Assembly: GCA_025786725.1 (NCBI GenBank)
Contig: JAHLTZ010000032.1
Span: 186,001 to 250,000 of the forward strand
From: Syncephalis fuscata S228
Lineage: Eukaryota; Fungi; Zoopagomycota
Direction of reading: 5' to 3'
Length of the DNA: 64,000 bases
Position numbers and translations under genes: made by a program. Of the stretch, positions 50,884 to 63,961 are shown one piece after another. The notes beneath the pieces are model-generated. The model had not been told where the DNA came from and did not search any database. It worked only from the letters and a program-made list of their open reading frames with translations. Position 1 is the first letter of the stretch, and each line of letters opens with the position of its first letter.

Positions 50884-52413
50884 TTATAAATAAAGTCCTA
50901 AGACTCCAAAAACAAAAACAAAAACAGCCACTAAATTAAACGTTTTATAGGCAGGATTTGCCATGGATACTTGATGGCTTGCAGTGATATTAGATGCTGC
51001 TTTGGCTGTTGTATCAAAATCTTCTACATCACTGGCATCATTGGCCGCTAATACACGCCAATAAACTGCCATACCTGCCATCATATGATCATCTACATGG
51101 CAATGAAACAGCCATTTGCCAGGGACATCCGGTACCATATCAACAGTGTGAAATGAGCCCGGCAATAGATCAACGGTATCCTCACGTGCACCGTGTTCAA
51201 CCATAGTAACGCCGTGGAAATGGGCCGTATGCAAATCCATCATTGAGCCAAACTGTATAGTTGAAATAAATATTAATTAAAGATGTAAGATTAGTTATGT
51301 TCCTACCGTAGCTAAATACCAGCGTACACGCTCGCCCACACGTGTCACCAAACCATCTAGATTGCCGTATACGCGTCCATTAATGGCGTGCATCATATTG
51401 CTTTCCATGAACTTGGGATCGGTTAAATCGTAGATTGTGGCATTCTGTGCCTCCCCTGGTACCGGTAAATTAGTTCTATTATGAGCAAATTGTGCAATAT
51501 TCTGCCGTATGTAAGGAGAATGATTTTCATCGCCTATAATAAACATTGTCACATATTCCCGGTCAAATTCGCGCTCTTCTGATGTAGGTGGTGGACCAGA
51601 AGAAGCAACGCCGCCTACTTCTGGTCCACTTCCAGGCAGCAGGCCACGACGATAAATAATAATAGGCCCTACAAGACCTGCGCAAAGATCTGATAGTTCA
51701 TTGACATGCGAGTGATATCCCCATAGAATTGAGCCACGATCGCGCTGTGCAGGACCAGCACGTGCTGGCACTTCCCAGGTATATAGAAAGCGTCCACCTG
51801 GTGCTACATAGCCACCTCGCCCGCCACCCGAATACCAGGCACCCTCCGAGTCCAGCTGGTAGAGTACGCCATGTGGATGAATTGAGTAAGGGTGGCTAGC
51901 ACGATTCCAAAACCATACGCGAATAATATCGCCAACTTCTGCGCGAATAGTCGGTCCTATATTTCCTTGCCATTCTGGACGTGGCAAACGTTTTGTAAAG
52001 CTTGAATCTGTGTAGCCGTAATAAAGCGCCTTGCGATATTTATGTCCAATACGGCCCGGACCATTTACGGTTAATATACGCGCGGATTCCGAATCCTCCA
52101 AGCGAAGACCGCGGATACGATCCTCGTTGCTGGGTGCATAGTCCCACACTGTCTCCTCAGCTGTAATGTAGTAGTTGCGAATAGTACAGCTACTTGGCGA
52201 AGTAACACATCTGGGTGGCAAGTCGGTTGTAATAAAAGCGCCAGGATTGTCTACACTGAGACCATTCGCTCCAGCTACGGAAGGAATAGTGTGCTGTGGT
52301 ATAACTGGGTCAAGTGCAACAACAACGCACGAATTCAGCCACCATTGAAGGCTTCTATTTAGTGCAAACCAGGTGCAGTAGACGAATAGGACGTTTAGGA
52401 TAGTATGCTTCAT
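50884..52413 (-). CDS. Two-domain ceruloplasmin/hephaestin-like multicopper oxidase, subunit A (complete T1/T2/T3 ligand set)
   Basis: Signal peptide; YYITAEE..WDYAP; GPTIRAEVGD; SIHPHG; YHSH; FMESNMMHAING; DLHTAHFHG; WLFHCHVDDHMMAGM; C-terminal hydrophobic anchor; one intron. Confidence 0.92.
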
Positions 52414-52608
52414 TGTTTAAACAAACAAACAATGAAGATCGATAATAGAAAAGGGTATACTTAAATTATCCATAACGGAGTTTGAACAGGCCTTATTTGC
52501 TGCAGTTCTAAAACGCGAATAGAACCGTTTAAAGTTCCGATCGTCAATAAATTGCGCTCCTTTACAATACGCCGCTTAATTTATTTTACTAGATTATTTA
52601 CAATTCAA

Positions 52609-54385
52609 ATGTTTACGCGCCAGTTCGTTTTAAATACTATCCAACTATGGCAGTTGTGCACAAGTGCCTTTGTTGGAGCTACGCCTTCGCTTTATGGTCA
52701 TGAATCGCCTATTCAGCTAAGAGCTTTAGACAAAACGGCCACAACTTTGGTCGACAGCTGTCAGCCGCCGAGTTGTACTGTGCGTCGATATTACATTGCA
52801 GCCGAGGAAATACTATGGGACTATGCGCCTTCTGGACAGGATATGATTCAAAATAGAATATTTCCTGATATTGTTGCGGCGTATGTATTGATTATTTGAT
52901 AACAATTAAGGCTTATTTAAACAGCACTTATTAGATTAAAGCAGATTGAACGACGCACCTACAAGAAAGCAGTTTATCGTGGCTATGAAGATGCTACATT
53001 TAAGAAAAGAACACCACGAGAAGAGGTAAATAATTAGTATTTATTACTTGTTTAATTAAAACGCGTCGTTTAGTGGCTAGGTATTCTTGGCCCAACTATT
53101 CGGGCTGAAGTAGGCGATGTCATTGAAGTAAGTTGCATATCAATTGTTGGTTTAATTTAACTTGAGCTTGATTAGATTTTATTTCGTAATATGGCCAAAG
53201 AGGCGTATTCTATCCATCCGCATGGCGTTTTCTATACACCTGAAAACGAAGGTGCTTTATATGTAGATGCTACAGAAGGTGCAGGAGTACGGCCTGGCCA
53301 AACATTTACTTACCAGTGGAAAGTGCCTGGTAATTAGCGAATAGATAGAATATTAAAGTAAATTTTAACATTCAACATTTGCAATAAATAGAGCGAGCAG
53401 GACCCGCTTCTGATGACCCAGGATCTATTCTATGGCTTTATCATTCACATCATAATGAGGTTAAAGACGTAAATGCTGGTTTAACAGGTTCAATTGTAAT
53501 TTACCGAAGAGGGTGGCTGCAATCAACTGAAGAAGCGCCGAGTGTACTTAATGCAACTGCTGCCCAACTGGACAAGATAAAACAGTCGCCATGGATAGCA
53601 CCTGCACCTACCTATCCTGACATATCCCCAGACACTTATCCACGAGCATCTACACGTTACTATGCGCGTGATACTGATCGAGAGTTTATTATCTGGCTTG
53701 ATATTCTTAATGAAAACAATACACCTTACTATTTCGAAAATATGCAACTGGTGCAAGAAGGTGCGCTTATACCACAGGATGGCAGTGCAGATGCCGATGC
53801 TCCTGGCATTGACATCAACCAACTAAGACGCCACCAATTCTTTGCCATTAACGGCCGTATTTTTGGCAATCTTGCTGGCCTAGTAGCACAGAAAGGTGAA
53901 CGCGTACGCTGGCACTTGGCTGCTCTAGGAACAGAAGATGCACTGCATCATATTCAATGGAGTGGGCCGGCTAGCGCCGTTACTGAACGCGGCTACCGGA
54001 AGAATGGCGCCTCATTATTGCCGGCCTCTTTTCACACTGTAGACTCGTATATGGATATAACCGGTCGCTGGTTCTTTGAGTGCCAAACAAGCGAACACTT
54101 TCTACGAGGCATGTCTGCTTGGTATGAAGTTATAGCACGCTCAGCAAATACTAAAGATGAACAAACACCCAATGCAACTGGCATCGTTAATAATTTGACA
54201 TCGATACAAGATCAATTTGTATTAGATGCCAAAATCGATGCTGCTATTCAGAGTGGCAATTGGAACGCTATGACTACCCCACTGGCCGTTCCTTCGCTTC
54301 CTTCAATGAGTACAGCCTCCTGGATTATGTTGATAGGCGTGGCTATTTGTTGGGTTTTTGGTATTACTCAAATAATTTATTCTAA
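52609..54385 (+). CDS. Two-domain ceruloplasmin/hephaestin-like protein, subunit B (T1 only in domain 2); stop position assumes a 1-nt deletion in the T run near 54358, otherwise 54512
   Basis: Signal peptide; YYIAAEE..WDYAP; WLGILGPTIRAEVGD; SIHPHG; YHSH; domain 2 LGTEDALHHIQWSG and FECQTSEHFLRGM; C-terminal hydrophobic segment; 4 introns. Confidence 0.88.
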
Positions 54386-55459
54386 TAGTTGCATCTGTAA
54401 TATTGGTATATATGAAATTCTATGGCTATTGTTTTATATTTATTATTTTATAATAAATTATTATATTAATATCGACTTTTATTATATTATGTTTAATTAT
54501 TTAATATACTAACTATTTACTAACAACTCGTTTTATAATAATAAGTAGTTTTGATGTCAAATGACATCATTATTATTAATTTGTGTATAACAACACAACA
54601 TACAATCTACGTCATCACACCTTCCCTTCTTTTTCTTCGCGCTTTATAGTATTTATTTAGTGCATATATTACTACGCACTATATATGCTACTTAAATAGT
54701 AACAATAATTGATTGATTACTAGTTAAGTTCTAACACTTTTTATACTATGTACTTGCATTACTCTTTTATAATCTAACCTTTTTTAAAAATCACTTTCTT
54801 CACTTCGATCGTTGATATTAGCAACCTTATTGGCATAGTAAGTGCATTTTTAATTTTGTTTTATATTATGCTTTTTACTAAGTATTTATAATGTATATTT
54901 CAAAAGCTTTTCTACAATCATCATTAAATAGCTGATTGTTTTATTCAATTGCTTGGTAATAATGTCGAGAACTAGCATCAATCTGTTGTTTGTGCAACTA
55001 TATCTGTCAGATAATAAATTCTTAATCTTTGTTATAAATTATTTGTATTTTGTTTAACTGCTATGCTTGTGGGTATTGTGTCGTATACTTTTAGAAGCAA
55101 AACTTATTTATTAGCTATTATAAACCATGGTATCATTGTATTACTTTTTGCTATTAACATATATATATATATATATGTATAAATGTCAGCGGCTATATCA
55201 CCTGTTAACAAGTAATATAGTTATTATAGATGTGGTCGTTGTATTATTTATATATACACAAATTACCACTGTATGACACTATGGCTATTGTTTTTGTATT
55301 TATTTTCTTTATATTAGTAAATAATTTGAATTATGCTAATTGCCAACAATTAATTCTTGGTGTTTTGATTTTTCTTTTTTTCTTCTTCACGACCTTTTGT
55401 TTTGCCTCTTTTACTATTATTGCTATAGCTTTTTGGAATCTGCTTAGCCGATGGTTAAC

Positions 55460-57281
55460 ATGTCGGCAGATCCCAGCTCAAATGAGACGGCATTTGCTAA
55501 GAAATTAGCTTCTAATGGTAAGCTACTATTATTTTGTTGAATTTGTTAATAAATACTAACATTATTGTTTACAGACAAGAAAGAACGCGATCGAGCCGTA
55601 AAGTCACTTCGCAAATATTTGACACACCGTCGCGAGACAGAAGAAGTAGAGCTACTTAAACTATGGAAAGGCATATTTTATTGTATGTACAGACGGCTCA
55701 TTAGATAGTTTACTAATGAAAATAACCACGACTAGGCATGTGGATGTCGGACAAACCGTTAATACAGCAGCAGCTATGCGATGATCTGGCTGGCCTGGTG
55801 AAGTTCCTGCCCGTTGAGCGCATTATGCCTTGGTTAAGCGCCTTCTGGACTACAATGTGCCGGGAATGGTCAGGGGTTGATAAGCATCGGTAATAACACA
55901 CGGTACTGTATCAAATAACAAGGACCATTAATTAATCGGTAATCCTTTAGAGTTGATAAGTTCTATTTACTTATGCGTCGATATGTAAACTCCAGTTTCC
56001 AGGTTCTTCAATCGAATCAATGGGAACCGTCCTTGGTGAGTGCCTACTCGGAACTATTAGTTAGTGGTCCACTTGGGTAAGTGAATAGCCAGTACTAGAA
56101 TACACATAATAACTATTAACAATTTATACATTATTATAGTCCCTACGACGATACAGTTCCCTGTGCCATTCAATTGCATATTTCAGATATCTATATTGAT
56201 GAATTGGAAAAATTAGTTAATGCTGAGGTATTATTTTGCTTAATTGCTACCTTTCTATTCGTTGTACTAAGGCTATTTATAGGAAATGGCCATTATTCCA
56301 ACTGCTACACTCCTTACACCATTTTGCCTATTAATGGCTCATTCACGTGTAACTGGTGTATGCTCACGCATACGTGAAAATGTTTTTATCAAAGTAATAG
56401 AACACACAACACGAGGCAAGTCAATACAGGCCTTGAAAATAACCATAACATATTTATTATCAGTTTAACAGATATATACACAACTGAAGAGGAAGAGGAT
56501 GGAGAGAAACCAGAACCACTACCATATGACTTGTTAGGATTGAGTGATATCTTGTTTGAAGTTGGCTCCGACTCCAGTGTAAATGCTGCAGGTAGAAAAC
56601 GAGTATATAAGTTATCCAGCACTTTGAAAGAAACAGCAAATACAATTATCAATTCTATGGGCGATGAAGACGACGTTATGGATGAAGTAGAAGTAGAGAA
56701 AGAAGAAGAAGAAGAAGAAGAAGAAGAAGAAGAAGAAAATGAAAACGATGATGAAAACGATGAAAATGAAGATGAAAATGGCAATATTGAAAATGATATT
56801 ATGGATGTTGAAGTAGATGAACAGTCTGAAAGTGAAGAAGATAAATTAACAATAGTACAAGCAGTACAGGTATATAGATAATATTTGATAAAATATAGAT
56901 AAAATGCTTATTAATGATTAGACCACAAGTATTGTAACAAGATCGGCTACGAATAAACAAAAGAACATGACGGTAAATCAGAAAACTACGTCAATTAAAA
57001 AGAAGGTTGTATGGAATTTAAAGGCTGGTACAGTCAAAAGTAAGTAATTATGTCCATACATTATGATATGTAATTAATGTTACTTATTTAATCTAGGCTT
57101 CCGCAAAAGAGTCCCAATTGCTTTTATGCCAGCACCTATTGTGCCCAGACCACCAGGCAAAAGTGTTCTTAAACGACGCCCCAACGACATACCACAAGCA
57201 CCTGCCAATGGTATTGATAACGACGAACAACTACAACTGGGGAAACGTAAACGAGGCAAGGCCAAACGAAAGACGAAATAA
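55460..57281 (+). CDS. RRP1: Pre-60S rRNA processing protein Rrp1/Nop52
   Basis: [58 protein letters not shown]; acidic tract; includes a GC-AG intron. Confidence 0.93.
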
Positions 57282-57557
57282 ATATATGATCATTGTTTAC
57301 AATAATACCAATAGTAATAAAAAATACTATTAATAATAATGTATAATAATGTATAACAGTAATTAAATAATTAGTATATTATACAATCACACAAAAACTG
57401 TGTCTGAATGTGTGTGTGTGTGTGTGTGGCGAGTGCATCAATCACACCCACTCACCCACATCATCCACGAGTTGGTTCCTCCTCCTTTCCACTATTGATT
57501 CCCAGACGCATCTCGTATCGCTCGGGATACATATCCGTCTGCAGATAAATCATCGAT

Positions 57558-58450
57558 ATGACTCAGCCGGTTCGGTAAGTAGGAATACAACATACGGTTA
57601 TTGATGGGACGAATAGAACGGTATAAGATGGATGGAATTATATATATATACATGGATACATATGCCTAGGTCATAGAATGAAATACAGATGGATGGATGT
57701 ATACATCGATTGAGGTCATTGCTACGTGTGTATATCAATCTATATTCATCTGGTTAGATATCATTTATTTGATAAGATAGATAGATAGATAGATGGATGG
57801 ATGGATGGATGGATGGATCTTGTAGAGATAGACGAATATACGTGTAGACGAGCAGATGGATAAGTCGCTGATAACTTGTTCAATATGACTATTATTATTA
57901 TCATCCGTATTACAACTAGCACTATAATACTAGTGCATAATAAGCCTAATAATAGGCATAATAGCGGTTGTAGCCATAGAAGCCATAGTGAATTCAGTCA
58001 TAGTATTACTAGACTTGCTAACCAATATTACTATTGATTCGATATTATAGTCTTTACTGCAAAGGCCGCATTCAAGGCTTCAAGCGCGGTAAGCGCAACC
58101 AGAGCCCAGATACCACGCTTGTGCGCATCGAGAACGTGCAATGCAAAGAGGATGCTACCTTCTACTTGGGTAAGCGCATAGCCTATGTCTACCGCGCCCA
58201 AAAGGAAACCAATGGCTCCAAGTTCCGCGTTGTTTGGGGTCGTGTTATGCGTGTCCACGGTAACAGTGGTATCGTCAAGGCCAAGTTCCGTACCAACTTG
58301 CCAGCCAAGACTTTCGGTGCCAGCGTCCGTGTGGTAAGTAATAGTTACAATAATAATAGTAATAGTTGTTATTTTATATTACGTTACTAATTATGGTTTT
58401 ACTATTTAATTTTACTTTTTATTTAGATGTTGTACCCATCCAACATCTAA
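57558..58450 (+). CDS. RPL33: 60S ribosomal protein eL33 (L35a)
   Basis: MTQPVR|[46 protein letters not shown]|MLYPSNI*; introns 57575-58050 and 58334-58426. Confidence 0.97.
57777..57817. repeat. (GATA)n(GATG)n microsatellite in RPL33 intron 1
   Basis: Read directly. Confidence 0.9.
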
Positions 58451-59079
58451 ACACGTACTGATGTGTTTGTGCGTGTGTATGTGCTTGTATGCACGCGTAG
58501 GTGTTTTGATTAAACAGATGATAACCACACATGTTTTACACATCTATCTATATAGTCGCGATAAGAACGATGTAGGCGTGTCGTATTCTCTATTCCAATA
58601 ATGGATAATAATAGTCTAGATCTTTAAAGTTACAAAGTAATCAAATTATTAATGAAAATAATGATTATTGAATATTGCTATTTCTTTTACCACTTTTATT
58701 TATCCACATACATACATACATACATATCTCTATATATTAACTGAAATACAACAATGAATAGTAAGGCTTATAGAATAGTAATCAATTAGTTAATTAATTA
58801 TAATCATAATACTGGTAATTAATGATTAATATGGTTATTATGTCTTACAAATATTAATAGTAACGCACAGACCCATTGATATAAGAATTATATATATATA
58901 TATATTAGTAAAGTATGATACCCCGTATATTATATTTTATAGTGTAATAGATACTCAATAGTTATAATTTATCTTTATTATAAGATAAATGTATCAATTT
59001 ATAAAATGAAAAAGTATTGTCTTATTCATTATAGTACTGCCATTTCACTAATACTGTACGGCCATTGATGTTATAGTAA

Positions 59080-61686
59080 TTAACGTGACAAGAATGTAGA
59101 ACGTGCCGTTTCAGAAGTAGTTAATGCAGGTGTGCCGCCATTTTCCTTATTGGCATTGCCCATTTCATTAACTGTCTTTTGGAATTGTGTCCATTCTTCC
59201 ATACGAGGATTACTCAACTATATTGTATAGCATATTCATTATTATTAATAAATACATATGTATATTACCATTGATATCATTTATAAAACATACCTCGCCA
59301 ATATCATAAACGTAGACGTGTCCATCTAATGAGCTGACTGCCGCTTTACGGCCATCCTTCTCCCAGTCTATCTTGTTAAGAGCACGGCCTGTACCGGTAG
59401 CGGTGCTTACAATAGGCACATCTGTGTCGACGTTCAAATTCCATACATTAAAGTGGCCTGTACCATCAACTGAACCAAACACCGCTGGATGACTAGGTGA
59501 CCACGCTACATCATACACGTAGTCGGCCGAGTCTTCAAACGAGTAGATTGGCGTAATTGTTTGAGGTGTAGCCGATGGTTTAGAAACCGACTAATTAAAC
59601 ATAATCATCATTAGTACTTCATTTAACCATGTTAACTAATCATTGCCTAATTACCTTAGCACGCCATAGCTTAACTGTCCAATCAACCGATGAAGTAAGG
59701 AATAGATCGGAAAAGTCGACTGGACCAAATAGCGGATGGAAATGAAGGCCAGTAATAGCGCCATGATGGGCACGGTATACATCGTTGGGATTGACACCAG
59801 CCTTACTGGCTGCTCGATCATATCGATTGGCTTGGTAAATGTTGCCTTCTTCAGTACCTGTCCAGAATGTTGTAGTTTCATTGTCAGGGAATCCGATACA
59901 AGTAATAGCTACTTCATCAGTACGTGGATGGGCTGGATACATAATATCGAGTGTTTCCTATACACAAAAATAATAAAATTGGTTTATAATCTACTATAGT
60001 GCATATTTAATTACCTGCGGTTGAGCCAGCATATCCAACTGCCAAGAGCATACTAGTCCATCGGTACTTGCTGTAATCAAATTGTGGGCATTCTGTGTAC
60101 CAACCATACTCATCGAGTAGACAGGATGTGTATGGCCAATTGCCGATAGAGGTGTACGTAGAACAGGCAGTGCTTTGGCTCTAGTATCCCATAGTAAGAT
60201 TTGTCCACTGTATGTACCGCCAATTACTAGATTAGTATGGAAGTCGGAGAATCTAGCTGATAGTACATCCGACTAGTGTACAGTTAATTAACGTTTCGTT
60301 ATAATAGCTATTGAATGCTTACTTGAGCATGAAAGGTAAATTCTGGTCGTTCTACTAAATGAACATTCCATACCATAACTAAACCATCAGGTTCATTAAT
60401 TGCCATTGGATTGTTATTATAAGATGCAACCAATAGTTCTGGGTGCTAAATGATACAGCTGGTTAATTGGTGTATGCTATCATGTCAATACTAACTACTT
60501 ACCTTGGGTGACCAGTGAACATCGGTAACTGCTCGATTCTGGCATAATTTTTCATCATAGAAATCACAAACCAGTTTGACAACATTGCCCGTATCCGCAT
60601 CGCTATTTAGTGTTGTTGTATTAATAGTAATAATATCAATTGCCATTTAATAGTAACCTACCCATCTTCATCGTGTAATAACGTATAATCTTTCATAAAG
60701 TCATATTTCTCATTAAGAGCCCGTTCAATGACCTTTGTCGAATAGTCTACAAAGTCAATGAATTCATCCGAAGTGAGAATGCTCTTTTTTTCCTCTTCCG
60801 ATAAATCTATATATCTGTTTAATTAGATAAATACTTGTTATTATAATGCAAATTACCGCGAATTAATGCTGCTTCTTCAGCTTGTTTACGACGACGCTCT
60901 TCTTCTTCGGCAGCTAGCTTTGCCTGTCTTTCTTTCTCCCGTTCAGCATTTAATCGAGAGCGTACTTCTTGTTCCAACGCTTCAGGATCTGGTCGATCAA
61001 AGAATTCACCCGTTGTTTGTGCCTCTTTGCTGTATACAACACGCTCCTTCATAACTAATCAGTATTTCGTAGCAAACTAATTCTAATTAATTACCTTAGG
61101 CGGGAAATCAAATATAACTTCCTCTAATGTAGAAAACTCGGGAATAAATCGAACACCGCCATGACTCCTATCATATAGCAATATTATATTAGTATGCATA
61201 TAGAATGAATGCCAACAACTTACTCGCTTAATGATAGACCAATTGAAGTGGGCCGTGATCCAGTAACTGTGGTAGGTGTACGCGCTGATCCAGGCTCAGA
61301 TCCAGTATCTGATGCAATGCTTGATTGTGATCCACTGGCTGCATGTCTTGAATGAGGACCAATCAAATCATCAATGAATTTATCGATACTTGGCCGCTTC
61401 ATGTTAGCCAGACTCTATTAACTCGACATATATTAATAAATAATTAAGTCGTTAGATAATTAATATTTTAATGGTCAATTGTCAATTGTCAAGTGTGACT
61501 TACCTCGCCAGCAGCGACATTTCCTCTCTCGCTACCACCACCACTAAGTGTAGGTGGTAAGGTAGAGCCAGTTGCTTGTGGATTGGTCTGTCCCAGTATC
61601 GATATACGACGAATTTCTCGCTGTTGACGTAATTCCGCCAACTTCTGACGCTTTCTATTCAACTCTTCTTGACGGCGATTCTCCAT
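59080..61686 (-). CDS. Cytoplasmic dynein intermediate chain (WD40)
   Basis: N-terminal coiled coil [17 protein letters not shown]; YSKEAQT light-chain motif; STKVIERAL; [12 protein letters not shown]; GHTHPVYS; [13 protein letters not shown]; [10 protein letters not shown]. Confidence 0.93.
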
Positions 61687-62152
61687 GGCTAAACTAGGCT
61701 GTCCATCGATAAACGTCTTAGTAATCTATACTTGTGGCAGTAAAGCTGCATACCTTTTGGTCAATCGTTGATGGAAAAACAGCGACACTAATTCAAGGTG
61801 ACGGGCCAGATGGGTAAGCTATTTAAACCAAGACTGATTTATACTATAGTCGTTATTGTAGCTATTGGCCTATGGCATTTTATGTTACTTACCAATAGTT
61901 GACGATAGGAATAATAACAATAGCTATTGATGTAGACTATTACCGATAAACAAAAAGGATAAGCTGTAATAGTGGCAACAGTAGCAACAGTGGTGGCAGG
62001 TAAAGAAGTAGGAGAGATTAATGAATAAATACCGTCAAGTATATCCAATCATATTAACGTGTATTGTGTAAACAGTGCATACAACGCACACAGTATGTAT
62101 TCATTTTGTTTCTTCTTCTTTTTCTTTTATAACTACAAGTAGAAAGTTAAAT

Positions 62153-63961
62153 ATGAATCCATCGGCACCAAGAAGTAGTAGTAATCGTGCTCCGTCACGT
62201 ACGGTGTTTGGTAGGCAGCAGCGATTAATGGAGAGAATAAATTGCGATCAGTAATCTAACAGCTATAACAGTGGGCAATATTCCTTATGACTTTACGGAA
62301 GAGCAGCTAGTGGATATCTTTAAGGAAGTAGGGCCGGTCAAGTCACTTAGGTAATTAGTTTGCGTTCTACATGAGTGGATAGAATGGAAACTAAATAGCA
62401 ATATCTAACACTATAATAGACTTATGTTTGACCGTGAAACGGGAAAGCCGCGCGGCTATGGATTCTGTGAGTTTTTTGATGCCGAAACTGCTGGTAGTGC
62501 CGTAAGAAATTATAAGCTATTATGGTATCCTTTATTATTAGTGTTGTTACGTAAATACACGTTACAATAGGTATTAAACATAGCTGAGAATTACAGCGGT
62601 CTCTCTGGACATGAATGAACAAACGAACAAACGAATGAATAGCCATTGGTATTTATTCTATAGCAATACGTCATAGACGTATCAATGCTATGTAGTCAAT
62701 GGAGGCGGCAATCTAAATGATTATCCACCTACCAATTCTTCTTCTTTACTGAGTAATTACGATGTAGGAGGCCGTCCATTACGTGTAGACTTTGCCGATG
62801 TTGAAATGACCCGACCCACTGGACAAGATGGACAACAACAACAACAACAGCAGCAGCAGCAGCAGCAACAACCTCCATCTCAATCAGGTTTGCCACCACC
62901 ACCATTACCTTCATCTCAAATGGCACCATCTTCAATGGCTCAGTCAGGTCCTGGCTCTTTAGGTCAACGTGGACCACCACCAAATACAAGAGATTATCGA
63001 CCTTATGACGAGGTATACATATTAATGAATCATTTGTCATTTATAGCTTACAAGTGATAATACCCATAGCGACCACGACATGCCGGTCTACCCGATGATA
63101 GTATGGGCCATCCAGGTGGACAGTCCTCACAGCCACCGACACCCAATGTACCATCTACTGAACTTATTGCCAAAGCATTGGCTAATTTAAATCAGTCGCA
63201 ATTACTAGAAGTTATACGGCAATTAAAGGCAAGTATATTTTTTTAGTTGCTTACTATACAATTAACTATAACAATCTGTATATCATATTAGGCTCTGGCT
63301 GTAACACATCCTCACCAAGTACGTACTCTACTACAGCAAAATCCACAGCTATCCTACGCTGTGCTAGATTGTCTAGTCAAGTTGGGGCTAGTAGATACAA
63401 TGGCTATTCAAGTAAGTTATACCAATACAATAATAGCTATGCAGTTGAATCTAAATAATGCCATTTATTCTACTATAATACATAGAGAGCCCAAGGTGGA
63501 CAGATGACTGGACATGCTATGGGTGGACTTGCTCAGCCAGCAGCACAGCCACCACCACCACCACCAACATCACTTCAATCGGCCTATGATTTAGTTAATA
63601 CGCTTAATCTTTCTATGCCACCACCACCACCAACAGGAGGAGGAGTGTCACCCAATCAACTACCACCGCCACCACCACCTAATGTAGCTGCACTAGGTAA
63701 GTAATTATATTACAACAACAATCAATTGATTATATATATGTATATGTATGTCCAGGCGGTGCAGTGGATCCATTACAGCAACAAGCAGCCTTGCTTCAAT
63801 TGTTCAGTCTAACTCCTCAACAAATTGATCAATTGCCACCAGCTGAACGAGCCATTATATTGCAACTGGTAAGTATCGACTATTACGCTATTATAACAAA
63901 CGTTACTGACTAGTTGAACCGATGATAATAGCGTAGCCAATTGGGCGCTGGTTCAGTATAA
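62153..63961 (+). CDS. RNA15: Cleavage stimulation factor CstF-64 / Rna15
   Basis: [32 protein letters not shown]|[16 protein letters not shown]; hinge [11 protein letters not shown]; C-terminal [21 protein letters not shown]. Confidence 0.93.
62512..62749 (+). other. Probable AT-AC intron with U2-like donor in RNA15 RRM
   Basis: Only the junction AAT T|ATAAGC...TTTAC|TG AGT restores the conserved AVRNLxxY helix; 238 nt long. Confidence 0.7.

Noticed and set aside
54386-54512. Long Ile/Tyr/Asn-rich C-terminal extension of MCO subunit B
   Set aside because: Reads like AT-rich 3' UTR; adding one T near 54358 gives a normal end WVFWYYSNNLF*
56389-56784. Poly-Ser ORF on the minus strand
   Set aside because: Antisense of the GAA-rich acidic tract of RRP1
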